The notes: a model not told the origin generated them from the sequence alone. A stretch of DNA of 64,000 nt from an uncultured delta proteobacterium (GCA_963848295.1 CAWKDB010000010.1:384001-448000), one strand, 5' to 3'; positions 18,287-28,849 are shown, counted from the stretch's first letter. Made by a program: numbers and translations.

Positions 18287-21200
18287 ATGGATCCGGATCG
18301 CGTTGCGGCACTGACCGCCGAGCTCACGTGGCTGCGCCGGCTGGCGCGCGCGCTGGTCGGCGACCGAGGCGACGATGTCGCGCACGATGCGTGGCTCGTC
18401 GGAGTGGCGCAGGCGCCCGCCGATGGCCGGCCGCTGCGGCCTTGGCTTGCACGCGTCACGCGCAACCTCGTGCGGATGGAGGCGCGCGCCGATGGTCGAC
18501 GTTCACGCCGCGAGGACTATGCGGCCGATGCAGCCGAACCGGCGCTAGATCCCGACGCTCTTGTCGCCCGGGCCCAGGCGCAGCGCGCACTCGTCGATGC
18601 CGTGCTCGCGCTCGACGAGCCGTATCGATCGACAGTGTTACTCCACTACTTCGAGGAACTGCCGAGCGCCGCGATCGCGCGCCGCCTCGGCATCCCCGAC
18701 GGCACCGTGCGGCGTCGGCTCAAGGAAGCGCTCGATCGCCTGCGCGCGCGCTTGGGCAGTGACGAGCGCGGCCGCCTGCGCGTGCTCGCGCCGTTGCTCG
18801 TACCACTCGGCCGCGGAGCGGGTGTCCCCGCCACCGCAGGAAGCATCATCATGACAAAGCTCGCGTTGCTGATCGCGCTGGTAGTTGTTGTCCTCATCGT
18901 GTGGCGTTGGCAAATCGGCTCGAAGGGTGCCGATATCGATCGCGACGTCGCGACGGGCGCGCGGCCCGCGTGGGACCGAACCGGCGCACCAACGCAGCGC
19001 GACCGCGCCGATGTACCTGCGTGGTTCGCGGTACGAGGCGTTGGCCCGCACACGATCGCAGGTCGGGTAACCCTCGACGGCGCACCGGTGCCGAACGCGC
19101 TCGTCGCGCTGAATGATCCACTGACTCGCGCCGGCGTTCGCCCGGCGCTGCAACTACGCACCCGCAGCGACGGTACGTTCGACTTCGGCTCGCAATTGCC
19201 ATGCGCGTACTACGAGGTGACCGCGAACGCACCCGGTGCGATTGCTGCGATCGCGCACACGAACTCGTCCGATCCGGGCGCGCGCCCGACGTCGGATCAT
19301 CTCGAGCTCCGCCTACGGTCCTGCACGACGTCGATCGCAGGTACCGTTCAAGACGCTGGAGGCACGCCGATCGCTCACGCTCACGCGTTGCGCGAAGGCC
19401 TGGTCGGCGTCGACGCCGACGATCGCGGCGAATACCGGCTCTGCGTCCCGCGCGGCGCCGAACAGATCACGTACGAGGCCGAAGGTTATGGCAGCGTTGC
19501 GCTGACGATCGACTCCCAGGGCGAGACGCGGCAAGACGTCGTGCTCGTGCCCGAGGCGACCGTGTCCGGCCGAGTCGTCGCGGACAGCGACGGTCATCCG
19601 CTCGCCGGCGCACTGGTGCGCGCGAAGGCATGGCGCGACACGCCGGAGCGCCCGGCCGACACGAGCACGCTGACCGACCGCGACGGGCGATTTCAGCTCG
19701 CTGGCCTCGCGCCCGATCGCTACAACGTCGATGCGGTCGGCGATGGCGCGATGGCTGATAGCGTCGCCGTAGTCGCAAAGGTCGGCGGCGCCAGCGAGGT
19801 CGTACTCCACGCGGTCGCGCAGGCGCGGATTGTCGGTCGCATCACGAGCCGCGGCGAGCCGGTCGCCGGCGCGCACTTGGCCGCCGTGCGGGCCAATCCG
19901 CATCACTACTCGGAGGGCGCCGCGAGCCAACCTGACGGGAGCTTCGTGATCGAGCACGTCCCCCTCGGCGACGTGACGTTCACCGCGGCGCCGTATCGTC
20001 TGTTGTCGCCCGAGCACGTGAAGGTCGCTGGCGACACCTCCGTCGCTCTCGAGGTCGCCCCGCTCGCGACCGTCCGCGGTCGCGTGACGCGACACGGTCT
20101 CCCGGTCGCCGACGCCGATGTGTGCTGCATCACGACCATCGCGGGCGGAGGCGACATGATCTCGAGCGAAGGCGACGGCACGTTCGAGTTCCGCGGCGTA
20201 CGCGCCGGTCACTACGTGTTGGCGGCTACGAGCCACGATCTCGGCGCGTTCGTAGAGGCAACCGCGATCGACGTCGTCGACGACGACAAGACCATCGATC
20301 TCGAGCTCGATCTCGCGGCAACGATCTCCGGCACGGTCGTCGACCAAGATGATCACCCCGTCCCCGGTGTGCTCGTGCGATGGCGGCACGAACAGACCGG
20401 TGATCTCGGTAAGTGCATCACCGATGTCGCCGGCAACTATCGCTGTTCGGCGATGACCGGCGGTGGCTCGTATCACGTCAGCGTGTACCCGAGCAGCGAC
20501 CAGCCGCCGTTCCCGGCCGCAACCGGGCACCCGTATGCAAGCGCGAAGCTGGAGAACGGAACATCGAGCATCGACGGCGTGCGCATCGCGATCGATCGCC
20601 AATCCCTCGCGATTTCCGGTCACGTGGTCGATAGCGCCGGCAACGCGGTCGCCGATGCGCTCGTCGAGGTCCAACCGGCTGCGGTCGGCGCAACGCCGGT
20701 GTTCGACGTATGGCGCAAACGTCCGTCGACGTTCAGCGACGGCGATGGCTCGTTCACGATCTCCGGGCTGACCGAGGGCCACTACGCCGTCCACGCCCGC
20801 ACCGGCGACGGTGGCGAAGGCACGAGCGGCGACGTCGCGGCTGGAACGACGACCGCTGCCGTCGCGGTCGCGCGGCCCGGCGCGATCAGCGGCGTGCTCG
20901 TCGGCTTTGCAGCTCCGCCATTCGTCGATCTCTCGCAAGTCGACAACGCGCCGAACCGTGCGCACGCCGACATGACCGACGCCGCGAGCTTCACCCTCGG
21001 CGGGCTCCGCCCGGGCCGCTATGTCATCGGCGCGCAGACGTTCCAAGATGGTGACGCCGAGATTGTAGACGTCCGAGCGGGCGAGACGACGCCGGTAACG
21101 ATGCGAGCTCGGGGCAGCGCGGGTATCGACATTCGCGTGCTCGACTTCCGCACCCGCAAGCCGGTCGCGGGCCAGGCCTGCCATGTCACGGTCGCAGCGG

Positions 21201-21685
21201 GCGGCCTGACAAACATCTCGAACTGGGATTGGCGCACGGTTCCGGCGACCGACGCGAACGGACGTACGACGCTCGACAAGGTGCCGTCCGGCGCGGTGCA
21301 GGTGCTGTGTCACGACCCGACCGTCGCGACCTCCGCGCCATCGGCCGATATCATCTTGCCGTTGGGCGGCCACGGCTCGGTCGAGCTGCTCGCGGTCACC
21401 GCGTGGCGGCTGTGGCCGACCGCCGTCGGCATTTCTTTCGACTGGCGCACGGCCACGCCGCGCATCGCGGTGCTCGATCCGGGCGGCGCCGGCGAGAGTG
21501 CAGGCTTGCTCGTCGGCGACGTCGTCATCGCGGTCGACGGCGCGTCGGTCGCCGGTCTGAACGGCGACGGCGTCAGCTGGCTGCTGTGGGACCATGACTC
21601 GGGCACGCCGATCCGCGTCGGGGTCAGCCGTGGTGGTATCGCGATGACGTTCACCGTCGTCGGCCAGCCGCCGAAGTATCAATAG
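18287..21685 (+). CDS. ECF sigma factor fused to a TM helix, carboxypeptidase-regulatory-like repeats and a PDZ domain
   Basis: Sigma region 2 (DDVAHDAWL, WLARVTRN) and region 4 (LDEPYR...IARRLGIPDGTVRRRL); hydrophobic helix; repeated I/VSGRV..G.PV.GA..TD.DG.F; C-terminal PDZ (AGLLVGDVVIAVDG). Confidence 0.9.
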   Translation: MDPDRVAALTAELTWLRRLARALVGDRGDDVAHDAWLVGVAQAPADGRPLRPWLARVTRNLVRMEARADGRRSRREDYAADAAEPALDPDALVARAQAQRALVDAVLALDEPYRSTVLLHYFEELPSAAIARRLGIPDGTVRRRLKEALDRLRARLGSDERGRLRVLAPLLVPLGRGAGVPATAGSIIMTKLALLIALVVVVLIVWRWQIGSKGADIDRDVATGARPAWDRTGAPTQRDRADVPAWFAVRGVGPHTIAGRVTLDGAPVPNALVALNDPLTRAGVRPALQLRTRSDGTFDFGSQLPCAYYEVTANAPGAIAAIAHTNSSDPGARPTSDHLELRLRSCTTSIAGTVQDAGGTPIAHAHALREGLVGVDADDRGEYRLCVPRGAEQITYEAEGYGSVALTIDSQGETRQDVVLVPEATVSGRVVADSDGHPLAGALVRAKAWRDTPERPADTSTLTDRDGRFQLAGLAPDRYNVDAVGDGAMADSVAVVAKVGGASEVVLHAVAQARIVGRITSRGEPVAGAHLAAVRANPHHYSEGAASQPDGSFVIEHVPLGDVTFTAAPYRLLSPEHVKVAGDTSVALEVAPLATVRGRVTRHGLPVADADVCCITTIAGGGDMISSEGDGTFEFRGVRAGHYVLAATSHDLGAFVEATAIDVVDDDKTIDLELDLAATISGTVVDQDDHPVPGVLVRWRHEQTGDLGKCITDVAGNYRCSAMTGGGSYHVSVYPSSDQPPFPAATGHPYASAKLENGTSSIDGVRIAIDRQSLAISGHVVDSAGNAVADALVEVQPAAVGATPVFDVWRKRPSTFSDGDGSFTISGLTEGHYAVHARTGDGGEGTSGDVAAGTTTAAVAVARPGAISGVLVGFAAPPFVDLSQVDNAPNRAHADMTDAASFTLGGLRPGRYVIGAQTFQDGDAEIVDVRAGETTPVTMRARGSAGIDIRVLDFRTRKPVAGQACHVTVAAGGLTNISNWDWRTVPATDANGRTTLDKVPSGAVQVLCHDPTVATSAPSADIILPLGGHGSVELLAVTAWRLWPTAVGISFDWRTATPRIAVLDPGGAGESAGLLVGDVVIAVDGASVAGLNGDGVSWLLWDHDSGTPIRVGVSRGGIAMTFTVVGQPPKYQ

Positions 21686-21705
21686 AGCTTCTCTGACGAG
21701 GCCGA

Positions 21706-22080
21706 TCAGACACCGAAGAATTCCTTCAGGCGCCTATCGATCTCGACGAGGTACTTGAACACTTCTGCCGATTCCTCGGAAAGCTCGCCCGCGGTGAATA
21801 GCTTTGCCGCGCGGAGGAGATGCTGTCTCGCTTCCAACAGATTCGCGCGATACCGATCGCTGGTTACACCTTCGCCAATGATCGTCATGAGGGCGTACGC
21901 TAGGCGCGCCTCCATGCTGGCGCGAAGCGCGTCGTCGTCGTCCGGGACCTCGAGGACGAGTTTCGTGTGAACCACCACCTTTTCGAGGTCGGCGTCCTCG
22001 GCACCGTCTAGACTTGCGATCCGGACGTAAGCGTTTCCGAGATTGCGATGAACGGAAACCCATCGCTGCGACTTCGGGGC
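21706..22080 (-). pseudogene. C-terminal fragment of a helical (TPR-like) protein
   Basis: The frame stays open up to the ISAzo13 end (VHRNLGNAY...EARLAYAL) with no convincing start. Confidence 0.4.
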
Positions 22081-22596
22081 AGGGCCCTCGAATGGATAAC
22101 GTGATTCGTCACCGCGCCATCGGCCGCGGCTGAATCGTGTAGTTCCAGTCGCCGTGGAAGACGTGCGGCACGATCTTCAGCTCGCTCATCTGCTTCGGCG
22201 TGACCTTCTTCCCGGTCGGGTACCGACGACGGTCGATCGTGGCGCTGACGACGAGCCCACCGCTATTCGTGGTGTTGCCGATCAGGTTCACAACGGTCTC
22301 GTAGGTGCGGAGTGCCTTGCCGCGCCAGTTCATCGTGATGAACGAGAACAAGCGGTGCTCGATCTTGTTCCACTTGCTCGTCCCCGGTGGGAAGTGGCTG
22401 ACGTGGATCGGCAGGCGGAGCTTGTCGGCGAGGCGCTGCAACTCGAACTTCCAGACGCGCGCCCGATAGCTGTTGCTTCCGCCCGCGTCGGCGGTGATGA
22501 AGAGTTCCGTGGCATCGGGATAGCGCTTGCTGCCCATCCGCTTCCACCACGCGTCGATTGACGTCACGGCGAACACCGGGGTGTCGTGGTCGGTGG
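22081..22596 (-). mobile_element. ISAzo13-family remnant (transposase 3' part and right end)
   Basis: DHDTPVFAV, ITADAGGSN, HFPPGTSKWNKIEHRLFS, FHGDWNYTI; N-terminal half absent. Confidence 0.9.
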
Positions 22597-22780
22597 CGGA
22601 GCGCGGAGACGGCAGAGACACGACAAACGGCGCCGGCGTCTAGGCAACTTCGCGGTCGAGCGCTTCACCGACGCCGAGCACATGCGCGAGCGCTCGTTCG
22701 ACGTGCCGCCGGGCGGCGCGTGGTTCGCGATCGAGGCGCCGCGCGATGGCAAGTCGCTGCTCGTCGCGTTCGGAGATGCG

Positions 22781-23815
22781 CTACGGCCGCGGAGAGTGCT
22801 CCGGCGTCGCAGCCGCAGCCGCTCCCGGCGCTGCGGCCGCTGTCGGCGCTGGAGCCGCTACGGGAACGCCGTTTTCGTCTAACATGACGTAGGTCGGCGC
22901 GGCATCCGCCGCGGCCTTGGCTTGATCTCCGGCGAGCCTGGTTTGCTCCGTTGCCACGAACGCGGCCGACGACCCGTCGCCGGCCGCGAGCGAGGCCTGG
23001 CCGATCGCGATCTCGCGCTGCTCTTGCGCGATCGAGTCGCGGTCACCCGCGCGCGTCCATTCGGAGGTCTCGGTGTGGAACGCCGTCGCGTGGACCTGGA
23101 CGGCAACGGTCAGGCCGCTCGCGAGATAGAACTTGAACAAGGTCGCGTTGAGCTGGTTCGCCGACATCGCCCCGGAGAGGCCAAGCACCACCGCGCTGCC
23201 GTCGATGTGGTACGAGACCGCGCCGCCCGGACCGGCCATCAGCGACACGTTGGTGATCTGAGCTAGCTGGGCCGGCGTAATTCCAGCGCTGGCGGTGGAG
23301 CTGTCTTGGATCTGCGCGAACGGGACGCGCGCGCTGATCGAGAATACTGGTCGACCATCGGCCCCCACCGACGTCACGGCGGCTTCCGCGGGATGGTCAA
23401 GCGTCACGTGACTAGATGCGTTCGCCGCGCCGACAATCACGCTCGCACCCAGCGCGCCGCCGTCTTGAGCCACCCCGTCGAGCGCCGGTGGCGCGGCCTG
23501 ACTCCCCGCGAGCGCCGCCGTCACCTGCTGGACGAAGGCATTGCCGAGCGTCGAGTGGAGGCGAAACAAGATCGCATCGCGGTCTTGCGGGTAACGATGG
23601 ATCAGCGCGACCACCGCGTTCGGGTCCAGCGGCGCCGGTCCGGCCATCAGGTGGCTCAACGCCTGGACGCCGGTGCCCACCGCGGGGCCCGGTTGTGGAG
23701 CGGGCGTGGTCGCTGGGGCATGCGACGCCGGCGCGGGCATCGGAGCTTGGTCCTTCGTTGCCGGCGCAGACTGGGCCAAGGTCGACGCGGCAGGGGCAGG
23801 CACCTCCAGGCTCAT
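22781..23815 (-). CDS. Hypothetical Pro/Ala-rich protein
   Basis: 344 aa, GGAGGA RBS upstream; LHSTLGNAFVQQV motif. Confidence 0.7.
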   Translation of the reverse strand: MSLEVPAPAASTLAQSAPATKDQAPMPAPASHAPATTPAPQPGPAVGTGVQALSHLMAGPAPLDPNAVVALIHRYPQDRDAILFRLHSTLGNAFVQQVTAALAGSQAAPPALDGVAQDGGALGASVIVGAANASSHVTLDHPAEAAVTSVGADGRPVFSISARVPFAQIQDSSTASAGITPAQLAQITNVSLMAGPGGAVSYHIDGSAVVLGLSGAMSANQLNATLFKFYLASGLTVAVQVHATAFHTETSEWTRAGDRDSIAQEQREIAIGQASLAAGDGSSAAFVATEQTRLAGDQAKAAADAAPTYVMLDENGVPVAAPAPTAAAAPGAAAAATPEHSPRP

Positions 23816-23877
23816 CCAGTTCCTCCGAGCGCTTCACCGCGCACGACATAGAGATGGTTGCATGAGCTCACGAACAC

Positions 23878-23904
23878 CGATGCACTCAAATCGGGGAGGT
23901 TGCA
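23878..23904 (-). promoter_or_regulatory. Putative ECF promoter TGCAAC-N15-GCATCG (copy 1)
   Basis: Exact motif, pointing to the gene starting at 23815. Confidence 0.6.
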
Positions 23905-23929
23905 CGAGTTTCGACCGCTTACCTGGCGA

Positions 23930-24694
23930 TCACCATGCGACATCGAGGCTCGACGCCAGCGCGCGGATCAGGCTATCGACGTCGCTCGCAGCGACCCCGA
24001 CCCGTGACATCAGCTCGCTGCGCAGAGCATCGAGCAAGCGCGCGCGTGCGTCGGTGAGCCAACGAAACATCGTGACCCGGTGGACCTGATAGAGCTCGGC
24101 TAGTTGTTCGGTGCCGGTTGCCTCGACGAAACACAACCGCAGCAACGTGCGCTCGCGCGGCGTCAACGCGGCGAGCGCGGCTTGAAACGCTTCGGCGAGG
24201 TCGGCGCGATGCGCCTGCTTCGTGAGCTCGAGTGCTGGATTGCCTTCGACCGCGATCAAGAGTGCGTCTTCGGATACCGGCCGCTCGTTGCGCGTGCGGC
24301 GGCGCAGCATCAACGTCTCGCGGATCGCGATGACCTGGACCCATGCAGCGAGTGAGCCACGCGCGCGATACTCGACGATCCGCGGCTCACCCGCTGCGAC
24401 GAGCAGCTTGACCCGGACCTGTTGCAACGCATCTTCCACGAGGCCTCCGCCAGGATCGAGCCGCGCGAGCGCACCCCGAACGTCGGGAACGATCTCGGCT
24501 TCAAACACGCGGAGTGCCGTTGCGTCCCCGCGCGCGAGGCCGCACATCAAGCCGACATCGAGGCCGTAGCGCGAATCTGCAGCGATGGCGCGGTCGGCGA
24601 GCGCACGAGCGAGCTCGGTACGTTCGAGATGCAGCCCGGGCCACCGTGCGGCGGAGGCCGCGATCAGATCGTCGAGCACGTCGTCGGCGATCAT
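23930..24694 (-). CDS. Myxobacterial-type ECF/sigma-70 factor
   Basis: GDATALRVFE, QQVRVKLLV, YRARGSLAAWV, LTPRERTLLRL...LYQVHRVTMFRWL; ATGA overlap with the kinase stop. Confidence 0.85.
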   Translation of the reverse strand: MIADDVLDDLIAASAARWPGLHLERTELARALADRAIAADSRYGLDVGLMCGLARGDATALRVFEAEIVPDVRGALARLDPGGGLVEDALQQVRVKLLVAAGEPRIVEYRARGSLAAWVQVIAIRETLMLRRRTRNERPVSEDALLIAVEGNPALELTKQAHRADLAEAFQAALAALTPRERTLLRLCFVEATGTEQLAELYQVHRVTMFRWLTDARARLLDALRSELMSRVGVAASDVDSLIRALASSLDVAW

Positions 24695-27279
24695 CGCGAG
24701 TTGTGGGCCGCCAACCATTTTGCGATTCCCGACGCGTCACCGTCGTAGCTCGGACCGAGTGCGACATAGCCGGCGCGCGCGGCCTCTGCGAGTGCGCGGG
24801 CGCGAGCATGCGCGCCGTCATGCCAGAGGAGCTGCGCGAGCAGGTAGCGCGAGCCGTAGGCATCGACGTGGACGGCTCCGGTCGCATCCCAGATCTTGAC
24901 GGATTGTTCGGCGAGCGCGGTCGCTGCTCGTGGATCGCGATCGGCAAGTAGCAGCGCGATCCGGAACTGAGCGAAAGCAACCGCGGGATGGTTCGCGCCG
25001 TAGCCATGCTGCGCGAGCGCGAGCGCACGATGGAACAGCTCGAGTGCTCGAGCGCCGTGGCCCCTCTCTTGTTCGACGCGGCCGAGCAACATCGTGGGCT
25101 CGAAGACGTACGGATGATCCGGACCGAGCGCGCCCGTGCGGATCTTGATCACGCGTTCGAACAGACCGGCGGCGCGATCGAGCTGTCCCGCGGCCAGCGC
25201 GATCGTCCCCAGATCGGTGAGCGGAACCGCAATGTCGGGATGATCGGGCCCGACGGTAGCTTCGAACATCGCGACGGATCGCGAGAGCACCTCGCGCGCG
25301 TCGTCGAGCTTGCCTTGCTCGTGGAGCACCGAGCCGATGTTGCCGAGCACCCCCGCGATCTCGGGAGCGTCGATCTCGCCGTACTTCCGCTGCGTCGCGA
25401 TCAGCGCGGCGCGGTAGTGGCGCTCGGCATCCGCGTAGTTGCCGCTCGACTCGGCGGCGTTGCCGAGGGTGTTCTCGAGAGGCGCGACGAGTGAGTCGTC
25501 ACGCGGGAGACGGCCCGCCGCCGCCTCGAGCAGCGGGACGATCGCGGCCAGCTCGGTCGACCGACCGAGATCGACGAGGATCTTCACGAGCGCGATCATC
25601 GCCGTTACGCGTGCCGGATCGTCTTGCCCCCGTTCGGCCAGCGACACGGCCTCGTGGGCGAATGCCAGCGCGTCGGTGTCGTGGCCGTCGCGCATCGCGA
25701 GGTCGGCGCGGGTGTAAGCGATCGTCGCGGCCAGGCCCAGATCGGCCTTCGGGAGCGCGGCGAGCGAGGTCAGGCGCGTCATCGCCTCGCTATATCGCCC
25801 AGCCGAGCGAAGCGCCGCGGCCTCGGCGAGCTGGGTGCGGACGAGTTGATGCAGCGGAAGGTTCCACCTGCCCTGGGCGACCGGGTCATCGCAGGCGTCC
25901 GCTCGCGCGAGTTGGGCGACTGCGGCGAGTGCCTGCGCGGCGTTGCTGCGGTCGGAGATCGCGCCGAGCACGGCGGCGAGTTGGTGGCGCTGGTCTTCGA
26001 GACACGCGCCCCGCCGGTCGGCGAGCTCGGCCGACTGGGTGCCGCGCTGGCGCGAGGTGCATACGTCGACGACGGCGGTACTCCAGCCACGCGCGCGTTC
26101 GTCGATCAGCTCGATCGTGCGCGGAGCGAGCGTCTGGGTCGGTGAAGGGTCGCGCGTCGCGAGCGCCGTTGCGAGCTCCGTTCGCCGCGGTGCGCTCCAC
26201 ACGCCGCCGACCGCGGGGTCGCCTTCGCAGGTCGGGGTGGCCATCGCGTGGTCACGTTCGCGCCACCACGCGATGCCGAGCGCGACCGCGGCGATTGCAA
26301 CGACGCTGACGACGTAGCGAGGCCAGCGAGGGCGACCGCTACGCTCGAGCTGGTCGACGAGCGCGGTGATCGAAGGGTAGCGTTCCGCCGGTTGCTCGGC
26401 GAGCGCCCGGCGCAACACGCGGGCGATCCGGCCGACCTCGCGTTTGGGCGGCGCAGCGGGAGGATTTCCGAACACGGCTTGCCACGCGGTGATCGCGAAC
26501 GCGTACTGGTCGGAGCGCGCACCGCCGCGTGCGCCGGCCGCGACCTCGGGAGCGAGGTATCCAGGGGTACCGACCAGGCGGGAGGCAGGGCCGCTCGCAT
26601 CGGTCCCCGCGGCCAGCGGTGCGTCGCCATCGAGCTCGGCGATCACGGCCGCGAGGCCGAGGTCGGTGATCCGGGCTCGACCATCGCGGCCGATCAAGAT
26701 GTTCGCCGGCTTGATGTCGCGATGCACCAAGCCTGCGGCGTGCGCGGCGGCGATCCCGCGGCCTGCACCGACGACGACGCGCAGCGCCTCGCCACGCAGA
26801 CGCGGGGCTTCGGCGAGCCACGTCGCAAGATCCGGTCCGTCTACGCGTTCCATCGCGATGAAGAAATCGTCGCCGGCTTCGACGACCTCGTGTACGGCGA
26901 CAACGTTGGGATGCGCGAGCCGAGCCATCGCCTTGGCTTCGGCCACGAGGCGTACCCGTGCGCTCTCGATCGCCGCCGGGCCTCGATCGAGGACGCGCAC
27001 GAGCTTGAGTGCGACGATTCGCTCGAGTTGCGGATCGTGAGCGGCCAGCACGATCCCCATGCCGCCAGCGCCGATCCGGCCTTCGACGATGTAGCGCCCG
27101 ATCTTCGCGCCGCGCGTTGCGAGCTCGGGCGCCAGGACGGTGTTCGCGGTGGTCGACGCGCGGAGGATCGCACCGACCAGCTCGCGACAATCAGCGCAGC
27201 CGTCGAGATGCGCCTCGAGCTCGTTGCGCGGCCCGGTCTGGGCAAGCTCTGACCACGCGTCGGGCTCGGGGCAAGACAC
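24691..27279 (-). CDS. Ser/Thr protein kinase with N-terminal zinc-finger (HxxxCxxC), TM helix and TPR repeats
   Basis: HLDGCADC; IGAGGMGIV, HRDIKPAN, DLG, GTPGYLAPE; TPRs of the GPDHP type; likely GTG start 27279. Confidence 0.92.
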   Translation of the reverse strand: MSCPEPDAWSELAQTGPRNELEAHLDGCADCRELVGAILRASTTANTVLAPELATRGAKIGRYIVEGRIGAGGMGIVLAAHDPQLERIVALKLVRVLDRGPAAIESARVRLVAEAKAMARLAHPNVVAVHEVVEAGDDFFIAMERVDGPDLATWLAEAPRLRGEALRVVVGAGRGIAAAHAAGLVHRDIKPANILIGRDGRARITDLGLAAVIAELDGDAPLAAGTDASGPASRLVGTPGYLAPEVAAGARGGARSDQYAFAITAWQAVFGNPPAAPPKREVGRIARVLRRALAEQPAERYPSITALVDQLERSGRPRWPRYVVSVVAIAAVALGIAWWRERDHAMATPTCEGDPAVGGVWSAPRRTELATALATRDPSPTQTLAPRTIELIDERARGWSTAVVDVCTSRQRGTQSAELADRRGACLEDQRHQLAAVLGAISDRSNAAQALAAVAQLARADACDDPVAQGRWNLPLHQLVRTQLAEAAALRSAGRYSEAMTRLTSLAALPKADLGLAATIAYTRADLAMRDGHDTDALAFAHEAVSLAERGQDDPARVTAMIALVKILVDLGRSTELAAIVPLLEAAAGRLPRDDSLVAPLENTLGNAAESSGNYADAERHYRAALIATQRKYGEIDAPEIAGVLGNIGSVLHEQGKLDDAREVLSRSVAMFEATVGPDHPDIAVPLTDLGTIALAAGQLDRAAGLFERVIKIRTGALGPDHPYVFEPTMLLGRVEQERGHGARALELFHRALALAQHGYGANHPAVAFAQFRIALLLADRDPRAATALAEQSVKIWDATGAVHVDAYGSRYLLAQLLWHDGAHARARALAEAARAGYVALGPSYDGDASGIAKWLAAHNSR

Positions 27280-27308
27280 GCGGCGAGTGTGCCATCGTCG
27301 ACTTTTCT

Positions 27309-27335
27309 TGCAACGTCTCCAACCGACGCGCATCG
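27309..27335 (+). promoter_or_regulatory. Putative ECF promoter TGCAAC-N15-GCATCG (copy 2)
   Basis: Exact motif, divergent from the kinase gene. Confidence 0.6.
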
Positions 27336-27582
27336 GTTCATGCGCAGAACCCGATTCCCGCATTCGAGCAACGCTTGGTAATGCATGGGTCGGACGAAGG
27401 TCTTGGGAAGGTTCTTACCGTCTCGTGAAGAAGATCACCGTCGCCGTGGAAGATCAGCCGACCGGTCCTTACGGGATTCATCCGTCCGGATAAGCCGGGC
27501 GGCGGCCTCGTGCGTTATGGAACGCTGGTATCTCTCTTGAAGGAAACCGACCATGTGGACCAAACTCTCAAGCATCGGACAA

Positions 27583-27993
27583 ATGAAGCACCTACTCGCG
27601 TCACTCGCGTTCCTCGCCGCCTCTGCTACCGCGTTCGCCAATGGCACCATGCAGGATCACCACTGCAAAGGCACTGACGGCGTCTTTGACCCGGCAAAGA
27701 CCGAGAAGCAATGCGTGGGTGCCAAGGGCGAGTGGGTGAAAGACCGAACGCTCAGCGGCGTGGTGAAGAGCGGCGTGAAAAGCGCTGCTAACCCCGGCGG
27801 CATTGAGGTTTCCGACGTTACGTCGAAACAGGACTACTTCCTCGACGTCCACGGTGACGCGGTACTGATGAAGGCCGTCACCAACCTCAACAGCAAGACC
27901 GTGCGGGTCACCGGCTACGAGGTCATCAAGCCCGAAAACATGATCCCCGAGCAACACTACTTCTACGCGGTCAGCATTGTCGCGAAGAAGTAG
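27583..27993 (+). CDS. Secreted hypothetical protein
   Basis: Signal peptide MKHLLASLAFLAASATAFA; HHC...C...W mini-domain. Confidence 0.75.
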   Translation: MKHLLASLAFLAASATAFANGTMQDHHCKGTDGVFDPAKTEKQCVGAKGEWVKDRTLSGVVKSGVKSAANPGGIEVSDVTSKQDYFLDVHGDAVLMKAVTNLNSKTVRVTGYEVIKPENMIPEQHYFYAVSIVAKK

Positions 27994-28108
27994 TTTCTGT
28001 TCTTCACGTGCCCTCCCCACGCGCAACGCGCTGGCCGTAGGATCGCGATCTCGCGATCGGCGTCTCCGTCGTTGACGGCAACTCGCGATGTTCGCGACCC
28101 GACTATCG

Positions 28109-28843
28109 TTAATTCTCGAAGCAGTACAGCACGCTGAGGGTCGAGCAAGCCCGGTCGCCGTTCGCCGTCCACAGGATCGCCGGGCCGGAGGAAAGGTCGT
28201 TACCGGAACCGCCGGTGCCGCCAGCGCTCGACGTCCAGTCAGCGCAGTCGTCGCCTCCGCCCAACCGTCCAGCGGGATTCGAACCGGTCCACACGAGGTC
28301 GCCGAGCACCTCAGTCGTTCCATCGGGAAACATGTCGATCGCGTGTGCCGGGCCGTTCGCCAAGAGATCGCCGAGGCTCGAGGCCACGAGCGTCGTGTTG
28401 TCGACGAGGTTCCATGGGCCTGCCGAGAGCCGATCCGCGGCATCGGCGTGGGATGTCGAGACCCACGCAACCCAATGGCCGCCGAGCGCATACTTGGTGG
28501 CCTGCGCCGCGCACAGGTTATCGGCTCCGGCCGCTCCGGGATCGGCGCCCGTTCCGGCTCCGGCGGTAGCCAGATCGCCGTCGAGGCTGAGGTCGGTGAC
28601 GAATACTCGCGAGACCCCGAGCGCATCGACGCTGCCGTGTGCATCGCCGTGTGCATCGGTCGACGATGATGCATCCGAGTGCGAATGCGTCGCGTCTACC
28701 ATCATGTTGCCATCCGATCCACAGGCGGACTGACTCGCGGCGAGTGTCGCGGCGAGTAACGCGAGACCGACCTTGCGAGCGCTGGGTGACGGCGCGACCG
28801 GCGCAGAGCTGACAATGCGGATGCGGGGACCGAGGTGGGGCAC
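28109..28843 (-). CDS. Lipoprotein with an endostatin/C-type-lectin-like (DUF1554-like) domain
   Basis: QSACG lipobox; RVFVT...GADNLC...AWVST...VWTG...CADWT...LYCFE. Confidence 0.8.
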   Translation of the reverse strand: MPHLGPRIRIVSSAPVAPSPSARKVGLALLAATLAASQSACGSDGNMMVDATHSHSDASSSTDAHGDAHGSVDALGVSRVFVTDLSLDGDLATAGAGTGADPGAAGADNLCAAQATKYALGGHWVAWVSTSHADAADRLSAGPWNLVDNTTLVASSLGDLLANGPAHAIDMFPDGTTEVLGDLVWTGSNPAGRLGGGDDCADWTSSAGGTGGSGNDLSSGPAILWTANGDRACSTLSVLYCFEN

Positions 28844-28849
28844 ATGAGC

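Noticed and set aside
19313..21682. 789-aa minus-strand ORF, and similar long antisense ORFs (54624..56930, 59815..61356, 61954..63696, 3029..4432)
   Set aside because: Shadow ORFs opposite well-supported genes, typical of high-GC DNA; no motifs
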